From assembly GCA_013239625.1 (NCBI GenBank), contig MU054323.1, forward strand, positions 930,001-994,000: 64,000 bases of DNA. The letters run 5' to 3'. Source of the stretch: Lama guanicoe. Its lineage: Eukaryota. Positions 37,191 through 50,123 of this stretch are shown here, in pieces. Every line of letters begins with the position of its first letter. The first letter of the stretch is position 1. A model generated the notes under the pieces. It did no database searches. It was not told where the DNA came from and saw only the letters and a list, made by a program, of their open reading frames with translations. A program made the position numbers and the translations under genes.

Positions 37191-39039
37191 TGGTCTTTTC
37201 TCAACGTTTGCCTTGAACGACCTTCGTGCTGCCCAACATCTGGGCGGTGACCGTGGGGGCGACTGACGTGTGTGGCTGATCACTCAGCACAAAGTGTTCA
37301 TTATCTGCTGCGGCTTTTGATCTCCTATGTTGGTCATATTTTGCTTTCATACTCCTTCCAATGACATTTCCTCTTGATACACTCATGTGCCCATAATTTC
37401 TCTTTTGACTACAATTTTTCAATTTACTTTCTGCTATGAATTTGGACATCAGTAAACGTTATTTCAGACCTGAGTGTAGATTCAAGCAATAGACCCCTCA
37501 GCAAGGCACTGAATGGTCCTTCAGAGTCTAATGAAGAGACTTTGACATGCATTTTCATTTGCTAGAGATGTTTAGTTTCCCTTTCCTGAAATTTTTGGGG
37601 AACTCTTCTCTGAAAATTGAATAGCTGTGACTCTGCAAGTTACAGTTTACTCCTTGATCCAAAAAATATCAGATCACTGGAATAGCAAAAGGAGACAATT
37701 CTGAACCTGCCAGGTTGGGGATGAGGGTCATTTGCTCTGGAAAATGATGTGTATAGTTTGTATGGTGATGTTCAATCCAATTTCAGGGACAGGTGTGAGA
37801 AGAGAATGTTTTCTGGGGAAAAAGCTCTCTTTCCTTCAAAGGATTAAGCTTTTTGTTAATGAGATGGAAACTGTGCATATGGCCCTCAGAGGCGCTGAGT
37901 CATTTTCTAGCTTGGAAGAGTTTTGTTGTAATCAAGTCACTGGTAAGGGTTAATCCTCTTAGGGGACTTCTGAGGGCCTTTGAAGACCTTCCTGCCTCTA
38001 GGGACACTTCCAAATTAGCACTCATTATCTGGAGGATCTGATTTGTATGCAAATAATGTAAATTTTGGGGGCTGCACCTAGATTCTTGAGGTGTCAGACA
38101 GACATTCACTGGGGAGAAAAAGAGGGAGGAAGAGAAGGAAGGAGGGAAAGAAGGAAGGAAGGGAAGGGAGGAAGGGATAGATGAAGAAAAGAAAGAAGGA
38201 ATCAAGAAATTGCTCATTGTCTAATATACCAAGCATTTCATATATGTGTTTGAATATTTATAGGATATTTTCATCCTTTCAATAATTTTTGGATAAAGTA
38301 TTGCTAAGTACTTTGAACAAACAAAAGCAAAATACAAACAAAAACCATGAGGATCAGAGAGGCTAACTAACTTGCAGATGGTACAGAACTAATGAATTCT
38401 GGGGTCAGCTCAAGGCCTACGTTCCTGCCCTGCTTTGGCCCCTTCAGGAAGCAAGCGCTCTGGACCCTCTGCTTCCCCCACACCACACCGAAGACAGAGG
38501 GGTAACAGATTCTACAGTCTGAGCTGGATCTAAAAACCTAATTACCTGAGTCTGTATTTCCCTCCTGCTCATTTCAAATGGAGCTCAGCAGCAGGACACT
38601 TCCTCTTTTCCTCCAGACACACTTCTATGAAATCTTTTTCTAGGGCTTACACATAAAAGAAAATGGATGATGTGGGATTGGCGAAGGCATTCATTATTCC
38701 AGCTCGTCTGTGTTGACATAAGGTGTGTCGTTGTCTGACTCAGTTGTAGACTTCCAAGCCATCTTCTTTTCCTTCTTTAATAAGATTTGACAAATCAGGC
38801 ATCAAGAGCTGACCACCCTGTCACCTGCATTACCAGAAGACACCTTCCTGCTGCTTCGGCCTCTCATTGAATGTGCTGAATTCTTGCCAAATAAATATCT
38901 GACATGAATGAATCAAACAGCTCCTGCTCTTCTTCCTTCAACAAAGTCAGAGGCCCCGGGAAGCCTCAGCCCAAATGATTTCCTTTAATTTTTAGAAAGA
39001 ATCAAGATTCCCCAATGATGTTTTCCTAATGGCTGGAGG

Positions 39040-40030
39040 ACACACATAACACGTGCTGAGTAATGACACTGCTCACTGCGATTAGCTTCGGCTCTCACTT
39101 TGCTACAGAACTGCTCTCCTTCGAGTCTTCGATGATCTTTTTCTTGCTAAATCCAATACACATTTTCAGTCCCTTCTTAGGTCATCCCTCTGCTGGTTAC
39201 TTCCTTCTCTGTGACTCTCCCCTACAGGCCTCTACAGCAGAACTTCCTCCCACGTTTTCTCCTGTGTCCTGCAGGGACTCCTCCAACCACCCCCCCCAAC
39301 CCTCTCCCACTAACCCACATCCCACATATGCTGATGTTCCCCGGGGTTCTTCCCTTCTATCTTTCTCATTACATCCTCAGCCAGTCCCCAGATTTTTGTT
39401 GTAACGTCTGTGCTGGTAAATTCCCAATTAACCTTTTCAGCACTGGAGTTCAACCCAACCCACCCCTCAGATTCTTAACCTAAATAATTTCTAGACATAC
39501 CAGTGGATGACTACACTTCACATACTTATCTGCTTGCTTTGAACTTGTCAATCCTCTTCAAAGCCACTGTCCTATATTTTCCCTTTCTCAGGGATGTCAC
39601 CACCATCTACGCTGTCAGCAAAGCCAGAAACATGGAAACTGCTCAAGACTTCCTCCTCTCTCAATCCCTTCCCTTTAAAGTTTTCTCAATTCTACCCACT
39701 AAATATGTTTAAAATCTACCCCCTTCAAGCCTAAATGTCTGTGAAATGCATCATTAAAATGTCATTTGAACAGGGTCTCTCTCTGACGGCTAGTATCCTC
39801 TCCAAGTTGTTATCCATTTGGCCATCCTGGAGAATTACTTTACATGCAAATTATCTGTATAACACTCTCATTAACCACTTTAATACTTCTTCATCACCAG
39901 CAGAACAACGTCTGCACATAACAGAGCACACAGAATCCTTTATTAACTGCCTCCTGCCTACCTTTCCAGCTCCATCTTCATCTGCACTCTGCTTTTCACC
40001 TTACGAGGCTGATACTTCAGGTTGATCTCA
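39040..40030 (+). mobile_element. L2 LINE fragment
   Basis: ttgctaaatccaat...ttttcagtcc...caccaccatctac...caaagccagaaac...ctgcctacctttccagc. Confidence 0.7.
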
Positions 40031-40839
40031 TCTTGCTGTTTCGAGTCCTATTAATAGCAGTCTTACTAAATGCTCTATGAAACAAATTAAATGGAGTTGG
40101 TCCCAGCCCCTGTCGATCAGATTAATCAAAGTTGAAGGGGTGATGAATTCATTGGAAAATTAACTGGAAAGTAAGATGGTACAAAAATGAAAGAGAGACA
40201 AATATCCACAGGTTCCTTGCATTTCTGCATGTCTTGTGAGCAACGATACTGACAACTTTTGTCTAGATCTATCTTTGTTTCTAGAGCAACAGCGCACCTT
40301 TCCAGGCAAAGGTCAGGCAGGTTTGTGTTGAGAACATTATAAAAGACTGGGGCTTCCTAAGCTCGGTGGCTGTGCCACTGCCTGTGCAGGCACTGCTTGG
40401 CCCTTTTCACATCACTTTGTAGAATTACAATTTGGAACCTCGTCAGGAAAATTATGACACTCTGGCTACTGTTATGCCTGTGAATAACAAACTAGCCTTT
40501 GTATCTGACCCAGGAATCTGATATCATCCAAAGCATCCATGAAGCTGTAACAGGATAACTTGTTATTTTGCAAGTAGGGCAACATCTCAGACATTTAGCA
40601 GTTCCTGACAGTTTAAAAAATCTCATACCATTAATAGTTCTTGCCAAGAATGTTAAGAAAACATTTGCTTGAAGTCTTTGGAGCACTACTAAGACTGAAA
40701 TTTTTTAGGTCAAAGATGAGAGAGGAAGAAAATCCAGAGAGGTAAGACTGGTACTGAAGCACTTTTTTCTTTGGAATGGTCTTTGATTAATTTGCCTTAG
40801 TTCAACACCTTGGGGGGGAAAATAAGATTAATTTTTCTT

Positions 40840-41040
40840 CAACATAGAAGTACCTCCAGTCTTTGAAGATGTCCTCCATGTATGTCCTGAGGCTTCTCTT
40901 CTCTTGCTTAGTCATTTCAGTTCCTTCCACAGTCCTTCATGAGAAATAATTTTTGAGTTCATTCTCTATTCTGGTTTGCCCTTCTCAGAGTAAGTTCCAA
41001 TTGGTCAGTATCCCATACAGAATGTGGCACTTAGAAAGGA
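40840..41040 (-). mobile_element. L3/CR1 fragment
   Basis: tttgaagatg...gcttctcttctc...cagttccttccacagtccttcat. Confidence 0.65.
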
Positions 41041-41291
41041 GTCAGTGAAATAATCAGTGTTTTGGTAAATATAACAATGTGCTAATGGCAAAATGAACAA
41101 ATACATTTTTCTATAAGTGTTTAACAAAATATTATGCAACAATGAAAATGGTATTGTCAAAGAATGTGTTATCTAGCTAGCTAGCTAGCAGCCAGTTATC
41201 TACCTTTCTGTCTGTTTATCTATCTATATACATATCTATTTATCATCTGTCCATCTGTTTTTCAATCTACCTATCTACCTATCCATAAATT

Positions 41292-41455
41292 TATACTAAA
41301 TTGAGTAGTACCCTCCCAAAGTTCATGTTTACCTGCAACCTTAGAATGGCAGCTTCTTTGGAAAGAGGGCCTTTGCAGATATTAGTTAAGTTCAGGTCAT
41401 ACTGGATTAGAGTGGGCCCTAAATCCAATGACTGGCCTTCTAAGAAGGCCACCTG

Positions 41456-41498
<43 letters not shown>

Positions 41499-41734
41499 AT
41501 TGCCATGTAATGACAAAGGCAGAGATTGGAGTGATGAATCTACAGACTCAAAAATACCAAGGATTGCTGGCCACCACCAGAAGGACTCTCCCCTGGAGAC
41601 TGTGGGAAGAGTATGGTTCCGTCAACATCTCATTTTGGACTTCTAACCTCTAGAATTGTGAGAGAACAAATTTCATTGTCTTAAGCCACCCAATTTCTGA
41701 TAATTTGTTGCAGTAGCCCCAGGAAACTAATAAA
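41292..41734 (+). mobile_element. MaLR LTR, MLT1C-like, with internal (CA)n at ~41457-41495
   Basis: gaggtcat-like actggattagagtgggccctaaatccaatgactgg...ggcagagattggagtgatg...ccaaggattgctggccaccaccagaag...ggaaactaata. Confidence 0.9.
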
Positions 41735-41743
41735 CTTTCTCTC

Positions 41744-42185
41744 TTTATTAGTTTTCTATTGCTGCTGTAATAAATTACCACAAACTCCTGGCTTAAAACA
41801 ACACAAATTTATTACATGACAGCTCCTGAGGTCTGAGGTCCAAAAGGATCAACAGGATTGTGTGTTTTGTTTTGTTTTGTTTTTTTCTGGAGGCTGTAGG
41901 GAGACTCTGTCCCTTGCTTTTCCAGCATCTAGATGCTGCCCTCATTCCTTAACTCATGGCCCCTTTTGCATCATTCCAACCTCTCCTTCTGTCACCACAT
42001 CTCCTTCTCTGACTCACATCCTCTTATGAGGACCACTGTGATTACTCTGAGCCCACCCAGTGCAGTTCACCATCATCTTTCCACAGTCAGGTTCTTAATC
42101 ACATCTGCAAAGTCCCTTTTGCCATGTAAGGTCATACAGTCACAGTTTCTGGGGGTTATAAACATGGACATATTTGGGGAGCTAT
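41744..42185 (-). mobile_element. MaLR LTR, MLT1D-like
   Basis: tattagttttctattgctgctgtaataaattaccacaaact...ggcttaaaacaacacaaatttatt...aatcacatctgcaaagtcccttttgccatgtaagg. Confidence 0.9.
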
Positions 42186-43082
42186 CTTTATCTAGTTATC
42201 TAATTAGCTATTTAGACATATGTTCATGAGAATGGGAATGAAAAATTGGAAGGAAATATCCCAATATATCAAAGTGATTATTCCTGTATAAGAATTTTTA
42301 AAAATTATTTTATATATATAGTAAATACACAAAATGTATGCTGTGCCACTTTATGTGCCACACATAACATAATGTTGGGCCAGCATTCTGAATACTAATT
42401 AAAATGTTGACCTGAATGCCACAGAAAAATAATCCACATTCCCCTTGCACTTAAAATTCTACCTGAATAAATATTAGGTTAATTTAGGGGCTTCAGCTTT
42501 GGAAATTATCCCTGGGCCACAGGTTAGGAGACCAGCTTTCCAGTTAGAAATTTCAGCAGTTCCCCTTGATTCAGTTCCATTGGAAAGATTTTTATTTTTA
42601 CTGGACTGCTGATTCATCCTTTACCCATATAACAAGTGCGCTCATGTCTGCTTGGTGTCAAACACTATTCTTCCAGACACTGGAGATGCAGAGATGAGTA
42701 AGGCACCATTCCTTCTCTCCAGGAGCACGCAGTCTAGTTGAGAGACAGTTGGAGAATAAGATTGTACCATAATATAGTAAGTACTGCAACAGGTCCAGGC
42801 AGCTCAGGCTGTTACAGGAGCAGAAAGGAGTTGGTGACAGCATGTCAGCCGCTGCGGGAGATTCAGTGATAAATGAGTGATGTTAGGCTTATTTTATATG
42901 GAAGGAAAAGTAAAACTTCTGGAAGACAACCACATTTCTGCAATCATAATGATGATTCTCTCCTAGAACTGCAAAAATTTCAGAAGATTTCAATGGCAGA
43001 AGTCACTCGTTAGATGCCCACAGGTAAGGGGAAACCTTTTATTTGCTTCCACTGTTAGATTTGGAATTATTACTTTTTCCCT

Positions 43083-43274
43083 AGTTTGTCAACTGTAGGG
43101 CATTTGCTTCCCAGGGGACATTCAGTAGCATCTGGGGAAAATTTTTATTGTCATGACCTGAGGTGCAGATGCTACTGGCATCTAGCGGGTGGAGGCCAGC
43201 AATCCTGTTAGACATCTTACACTGCACAGGGCAGCCCTCACCATGAAGAACAGTGCCAAGGTTGAGAAAGCCTG
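43083..43274. mobile_element. MER20 (hAT-Charlie)
   Basis: cccaggggacatt...ttattgtcatgac...gctactggcatctagcgggtggaggccag...cagtgccaaggttgagaaagcctg. Confidence 0.88.
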
Positions 43275-43474
43275 CTCTGAAGCATTTTGAGTAAGACTGA
43301 AATGGTCAGGCCTTTAATATTTGGTAGAATTTGCTTGTAAAAGCATCTGTATTTAGTTACATCACTCCTCTGAAGATGGTGCTAATTTTTTACTGTAGAG
43401 GTAAGTGAACTGAGGTGTTGTGATACTAAGTTCATGTTAGAGTAGCATTTTGAAATAAAACTGTTGGATGTCCT

Positions 43475-43970
43475 GCATTCATTTACTCATTTATTTATCA
43501 GGTAATAATTGTTTACCTATTATATGCATGCAAAGGTCTCTGTTAGGTATTGTGAGAATACACAAATGAAGCAGACCCTGTCTTTTTATTCGAGTCTGGT
43601 GAAGAAGACCAAGCATGCAGCCATGTGATTGTAATCCAAAACAGAAATAAGGAGGAAGCACCATGAGAAGAATACAAATAAAACTCTCTAGAGGAGAGAA
43701 AGAGAGAGAGAGCTCACACATCCAGCCCAGGGAATCGGAGAAGACATTTGATAAAGTATTTTCTAAGGGCAGATTTAGGGGGCAGTAGACGATCTGGGTT
43801 AGCACAGGAAGTGGTGGGTCACTGAGAAAGCAAGTACAAGTAACCACATTACAAAGAGAATCTGAAGTTTAATAATCAAGGGCTTCAAATAACAAACTAA
43901 AGGCTTAAATTTCATCCTTGGACCACAGAGAAGAGAGCCCCTGTAGTTATCGTAGGATGGTTGATTGTTA
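43475..43970 (-). mobile_element. L2 LINE 3' fragment
   Basis: cattcatttactcatttatt...ctctgttaggtattgtgagaataca...cagcccagggaatcggagaagac. Confidence 0.6.
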
Positions 43971-44529
43971 TGAGTTGTGTTCCAACAAAAAACTCCTTCA
44001 GAAGCCTTCCAGATATATATCATTTCAAAACCTGAGAGCTTCTTCCAAGATGGAGTTTTTTCACATTCTTGTTCCTTAACCCAGGGTCTATCTCCGATCC
44101 TGATCTGGTACCTGATGTGGCAGTTTGTTTGATGATTACAGTTTGTTCATCCTCATCCAGTATCCTCCCAATCTCCTGCCTGCCACTGAGATTAATGTGT
44201 TTGGTCACGTTTCACAAATGAGGAAGCCAAAATTTGGGGAGCTAGTGTGGACCTCTGCTGAGCCCACGTGGGGAGAGTCGAAATTGGATTTTGCTGCCAA
44301 AAAACAGGGCAGACAGCTGCTGAGCCCTGGGAGATGGTACAGCCTGCCAGGATCCTTCCTACCCTCCATCTCAACACAGCCATCCCTATTTTTTTTTGTT
44401 GTGTGTGAACTCGGCATGAAATTCAATAGTTTCTGTAGATAAATCTGGTCAGTATCACCAAATACACCTGAGACTCTGAGAGAACAAAATAAGAACGAAT
44501 CTTTTTTATCAATAATCCTAAGCAAATTT

Positions 44530-45770
44530 TTAAAATATAACACCTTTTCCCAAAGTTACTTCAATTAAATAGCCTCACGTCATTGCTGTTCTCAGTGCAA
44601 TGATTCATCAGTGAAACTCACGTCAGTCGATTTGTTGACCAGTGAGGAAGAAATAACAGATACAGTGTAAGACTGTAAAATCCATTTCTTCCTGATAAAC
44701 CCCTTAAGTTTCAACTTATCCAGCTTATGTAACAAAAGAAACAGAATGAACTCTCTGGTTACCAAGGAGAAGGAAATTCAAGCATCTCACTTTCACGTGG
44801 CAAGCCCACAGGAGTACATGAACACATAAGAATATATGCACATATATTTATATATTACACACATATATTCATATGTGTATATACACATATATATACGTGT
44901 GGATGCACAATGTGCACACATGCAGTATGAAACACGCTGAAAATGAAAATCACATATATGTATACATATGCACATATATAAAACAAATAAAGGCATACAC
45001 ATGTAACACACGTGTGCAAACAGACATGAAGGAAAGCACAGTCCACAAATACAGCATAAATACATAATAGATCCCTTTGAAGTTTGAAAAGACTAGGAGA
45101 GAAGATATAACATTAAAAAAGGACTTGTACCATCACTTTGTGATTAATGTAAAAGCATTAATAAAAAGATTAGTACAGTCTTTGATGTAACAGATGATAT
45201 AAGACTTGTGAAGCTCAGATGAAGAATTCAAGGCAATTTCTTCATCTAATGTTGACTGAAGAAGTCATCTTCTTGAGAATGAGTTGCATAATCTTGACCC
45301 ATTTTAGTGGGATAACATTTTTTTTAAGCCATTACATTTTGGGACAATTTACTATGTGGCAAAAACTAACTGATACACATAGCAACCACTCTAATTCACA
45401 AATTTTGGTTCACGATATAAACCATTACCCAGTTTTTTAAAAAAAAAATCCTTCTTCATAGATTTTAACCTTTTTCAAAACAAAATTTACACTGAAACTT
45501 TAGCAGGGTTTTCAGAAAAACATAAAATAGTTTCAACAAATTCTAAATTCATTTGAATTCAAAATCAGTATCTTGTGACTTTCAACATACATGCTTATTT
45601 TAGTATAAGATAGACATATGCAGTTAAACAATACATTGGTAGATTCTAAATGTTCTTTAGCTGAGTTGTTAACATAAACATACTATTCAATATAGACACC
45701 AAACCTCAATGAAGGCTGATCTATTCAAACTCAAAACATGACTTCATTGAAAAGTATTTAAAGAAGTATG
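44530..45770 (+). mobile_element. Degraded hAT (Charlie-like) transposase fossil
   Basis: Frameshifted remnants of HC(M)IHQ(E)N, DTV(V)KTV, DLY...VKA(L)IK(R)L and (Q)AEL.N motifs in hAT order. Confidence 0.55.
44810..45065. repeat. Alternating purine-pyrimidine (TA/CA/TG) low-complexity tract
   Basis: atatatgcacatatatttatatattacacacatatattcatatgtgtatatacacatatatatacgtgt. Confidence 0.8.
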
Positions 45771-45789
45771 CAAATCCCATAGAGGAATG

Positions 45790-45890
45790 CTCAGACTTTC
45801 CCCACGTTAGAATCATCTGGAGAAGCTTTTAAAAAAACCCAATACTCAGGCCACACTCCAGATCAGTTAAGTCAGCATCCCTGGGAGTAG
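45790..45890. mobile_element. MER5-family (hAT-Charlie) fragment
   Basis: ttagaatcatctggagaagcttttaaaa...atactcaggccacactccagatcagttaagtcagcatccctggg. Confidence 0.75.
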
Positions 45891-47479
45891 TCGGTGGGAT
45901 AACCTATTATGACAACAGAAGTTGAGGGAGCGGAGAGAATAATGGCAGGGAGGAAGATGTAGACTGGTGGCCACAATCTATGAGACCTGACTTTGTAAGA
46001 CCAGAACTTAGGAAAATAAAACTTTCAGAAAGAGTTTGCCCAATACTTTACAAAGTAATAGAGTTGCTAGCAGTAAGACAAGACTATGCAAACAACAAGG
46101 CTTTTGATTGTCATATTACAACTCCCATTCTGCCGAGTAAATGTGGGAGACTGATGGGCGCAGGAGAGTATAAGCAAAATTTTTCCATTTGAATAGACGC
46201 TGTCATGTTCTCTACTATAAAATGCAGTTATAAAAATAGTTCAGGTTTTATACAGCATGCAGAAGAGAGGGGAAAAGGATGGATGGCTGCATTCATCTTG
46301 ACTATTGTGTATCCGGAACTGTTCAAGAAACATTCGTATGCCATCTCATGATGTTGAGATCTAATTTCCATACTCATACAGAGTCCTCATTCAAAATAGA
46401 TTCAGTATAAGCTCAGCTGAAAATTTTATATTTGCTACTCTCCTCCCAAGCTCTTCAAAACAAAATGTGTGAGATGCATTTTTTATAGCCTCTGCTTAAT
46501 GGTTTCTTTTTCTTCCCTTCTCTTCTCTCTTTTTTTTTTTTTTTAACATTCCTTCAGTAGAGCACCCTTTAGAGTAAGCTAGAGGGAAGAAAAATAGGGA
46601 AAGTGTATCTATCTGTCTTATATATCTTTAGGAATTCTGAGTTTTGGCTTAGGGTACTGTGGAACTGAGTCTTGGCCTATCGGGAATCTCCAGGTTTTCA
46701 GAATAAGAGCGAAAACCATCATAGTAACATGGCTATCCTGATAAAGCACTCACTCCTTTCTACCCTCCATAAGGCTCTGGGTAGTTACAGTCTTCTGCTG
46801 GGAGAAGGATGAAATTAATGGCAAGGGATTTTGGAAGTTATTGGCATTTGGGAGCTTATAAACTATTTATGAAAACCTGTCTGGGTGAGAATTGATCAGA
46901 GACATTGCTTAATCCCAAAGAATAAAGAAATTTGCCAAATTGCTTATCAAATTTGTTAGGATTCAAGCAGATAAACATCTCTATTTTAATTTATGTTAAC
47001 TCCCAGGACTCTGGGAGCCATGATGATTTAGTGAAAGAAAAGGAGTCTAAGTTAGTGTAATAATTATTCCACAAGAGACAAGCACGGAGCCTAAAATAAT
47101 CCCAAAACACTCTAGAAAAGAAACGTTGAGCAAAAGCATGAGAGAGATGATGTATCAGGAACCAGTCAATCCACAGAAAGGCTGTGCTTTGCAATAAGTG
47201 GGAGAAAACAAAGGAAACAGAAGATCCTGTCCAGCCTGTTAAGATTTCGATACAGATGCAGATGAGCAGCAGAAGGTATCTCAGGCAATATATGCTCTAG
47301 AAGTTCTGGGAACCAGGGAAGAAATCCTAGGTAGGCTGGGAAGGTTTTCTGGAGGATTTAAAAACTGGACATAGAGCAATGGATTGGTCATACAGAGGCA
47401 AGCAGATCCTAGAATGTTCCTAAGAGAGTGAGGGGCCATTTTTGGCTGGCCCCAATACAGTTTGGGAGTATTTGGAAAT

Positions 47480-47700
47480 ATAAAAATAACAACAGGCATT
47501 GTGCACCAATTGTGCATCAATTTATGTCAGGCACTGCTATGTTTAGTTTCATATGTTATGTAATCCTCACAACAACTCAGTGAGAACACATGCTATTAAT
47601 CTTATGACATAGTAATAACATGATGTTTTGTTTATGGAACCAGCCCAAGATCACACATCTAGTTCTGATTTGTAGACATTAAGAGGACTGTAACTCAGGT
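47480..47700 (-). mobile_element. MIR SINE
   Basis: tatgtcaggcactgct...taatcctcacaacaactc...gcccaagatcacacatctag. Confidence 0.75.
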
Positions 47701-48394
47701 AGATTTTGTTTTCAAACAAACAGAACTATTTAAGAGTGCAATGTATTAGCCAAAACCTTTGGTCATTGGGAGCACAGATGGTGAACTTGGAAGCCTTCCT
47801 GTATTGGTGAGCTTTTGAAATGGGTAAGAATTTTCAGATCATTGACGACTTCAAGGTTCTATGGCAATAGAATCTATAAGTAAATAAAGAGTGAATTTTT
47901 TAATCTCAGCCTTGGCACAATTATCTCCTGGAAGATACCTCCTCTGCTGACTAGTGTTTCAAAGGCTATTTCTCTGGAACTTTTTGTGCTTTGCAAATTG
48001 CATTTGTAAATTCTACTTCCATATAGCTTGTGGTTAATTTGTCTTAAATTTGGCAGAATTTTATGAGCTGAGACTCTATGCAAGTGTAATTAAGAGACAC
48101 TTTACAGTTTTAGGTTCTAAATGATGGCCTAAGGGCAGAAAGATTTTTTTTAAAGGTGAAGAACAGAAAGTGCAAATTAAAAAAAAAATACGCTCCATCT
48201 GACAGAAAAGAAATGCATGTAAAGTGAAAAATTTTGGAAACTCAGAAAAGTAAAAATAATAAAGATGTTAAAATAACAATGACCCTTAAACCCTTCATCC
48301 ACAGATAATCACTCTTAGCAATTCAGCATAGTCCAAACAAGTTGGCAATTTCCCTCCAGCTCTTTTTTATATAGTTGAAATAATATTTTCTAGA

Positions 48395-49008
48395 TGAGAG
48401 GTTCCCAAGCTCTTTGACCTCAGAACCACTTTACATCTTAAAAATTACCAAAGATTGCAAAGTATTTTGTTTATGCATTTTGTTACTGGTATTTACCATT
48501 GGATGCTAAACTTGTAAAATATTAAATTTATGTGTTTATTTATTTGTTTAAAGTTCCAGTAATAAATTCATGACATGTTAGTTAACACAAATGACATATT
48601 TAGTAAAAATAATTATATTTTTCAAATCAAAAATTTTGTGGAAAGAATGGCATCATTTTACAAATTTTTTTAATGTCTGACTTATTGAAAACAGCTGGAT
48701 TCTCACACCTGCTTCTGCATTCAACCTGTTGTGATATATTGTTTTAGGTGGAGCATATGGAAAAAAAAAACCCGCAGTCTCATTCAGATATGAAATTGGA
48801 AAAGGGATGGATATTTTACTAGCCTTTTTTGGATAACTGTAATGTGTCCTATATCCTCTGGAAAACTCCACTGTACATTCATGAGAGGAGAGTGCAATGG
48901 CAAATGCTATCTTATCATTATTATGAAAATAGTCTTAACTTCACAGATGCCCTAAAAGAGTCTAGGGGATCCCCAGCATTCTCTGCCCTAGACTTTGAGA
49001 ATCCCCAC
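48395..49008. mobile_element. Charlie1a/1b-like hAT DNA transposon (internally deleted)
   Basis: cctcagaaccactttacatcttaaaaatta...tttaatgtctgacttattgaaaacagctggattctca...ctgcttctgcattcaacctgttg...ttatgaaaatagt...gactttgagaa. Confidence 0.85.
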
Positions 49009-49609
49009 TACATACACATTCTGTATTTATCACTCAAATGAATATTTTAAAGTATTATTAAAAATAATTAAAATTAAACTCTGTTATAATTGGTTTAACC
49101 ACTGCCATGTTATTTGGGCCATTACTTTCATCCTGTGTTGTATGGACAGAAATAACACTGGAATAAAAATCCTTTATCCAGAATTCCACATCTGAATTTC
49201 ATAGTCTACTCTTTTAATGCAGACTACCAGAATCTGAAAATTGCATTTTATGGTGCTTCATATGTCTTACCAACTTGATTTCAAGAAAAAACTTACCACC
49301 TTCTATTCATCAAATAGGATATAAGCACACATCTCGTTGAGTACTCAGCAGCACTGAGTATATTGTATCAAATAGTCTTTGCTGCTTGGAAGACATTTTC
49401 TCCTCAAATTATTTGCACATTGATAAGGTTAACTAATTTTTATGCATATTAGTCACCAGTGAATATTCTCTACATGTAAATATGGTAACAGTGGGCTTCC
49501 TGATATTTGTGCTGCTCATCAATTCTGTCACTTTGAAAGGTGTTTATAACTCTGATCAAATACTGCAACAATTTTCCTTAATAATAAAATGCTGTAAGCA
49601 GAGGCGTGT

Positions 49610-49873
49610 GCCTATCAGTTTGCTAAGGCTGCTGCAACAAAGGTCCTCAAACTGAGTGGCTTCAACTACAGAAACATGCTGTCTCACACTTCTGGAGGAC
49701 AGAAGGCTGGAGTCAGGGTTTGGGCAGCTTGCTTTCATCTGAGGGCTGTGAGGGAGACTGATTCTTGCCTCTCTCCTAGTTTCTGACGGTTTCCTGGCAA
49801 TCTTTCACATTCCTTGGTTTATAGAGCCATCACCTCAATCTGTGACTTCACCTTCACATGGGATCTCTCCACT

Positions 49874-49912
<39 letters not shown>

Positions 49913-50123
49913 CATGTGTATTGTCTGTGCATCTAAAGTTTTGCTTTTCATAAGGACACCTGTCATATCAGATTAGGGGTCCACCCTACTCCAGCATGAC
50001 CGTATTTTAACTTAACTAATTACATCTGCAATGACCTTATTTCCAAATAAGGTCACATTCTGAGGTACTGAGGGTTAGGATGTCAATATAAGAACTCTGG
50101 AGGGACACAATTCCATCCATAGC
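49610..50123 (-). mobile_element. MaLR LTR, MLT1C-like, with internal (TG)n at ~49873-49910
   Basis: agtttgctaaggctgc...tctgagggctgtgagggaga...ataaggacacc...taattacatctgcaatgaccttatttccaaataaggtcacattctgaggtactg. Confidence 0.92.

Noticed and set aside
37201..37449. 82-aa ATG ORF on the - strand (MSKFIAESKLK...)
   Set aside because: No recognisable homology, weak start context, and length within chance expectation
44793..45067. Cys/Tyr/His-rich ORFs resembling metal-binding peptides (also 28307-28717 and 41291-41646)
   Set aside because: Produced by TA/CA/TG dinucleotide repeats
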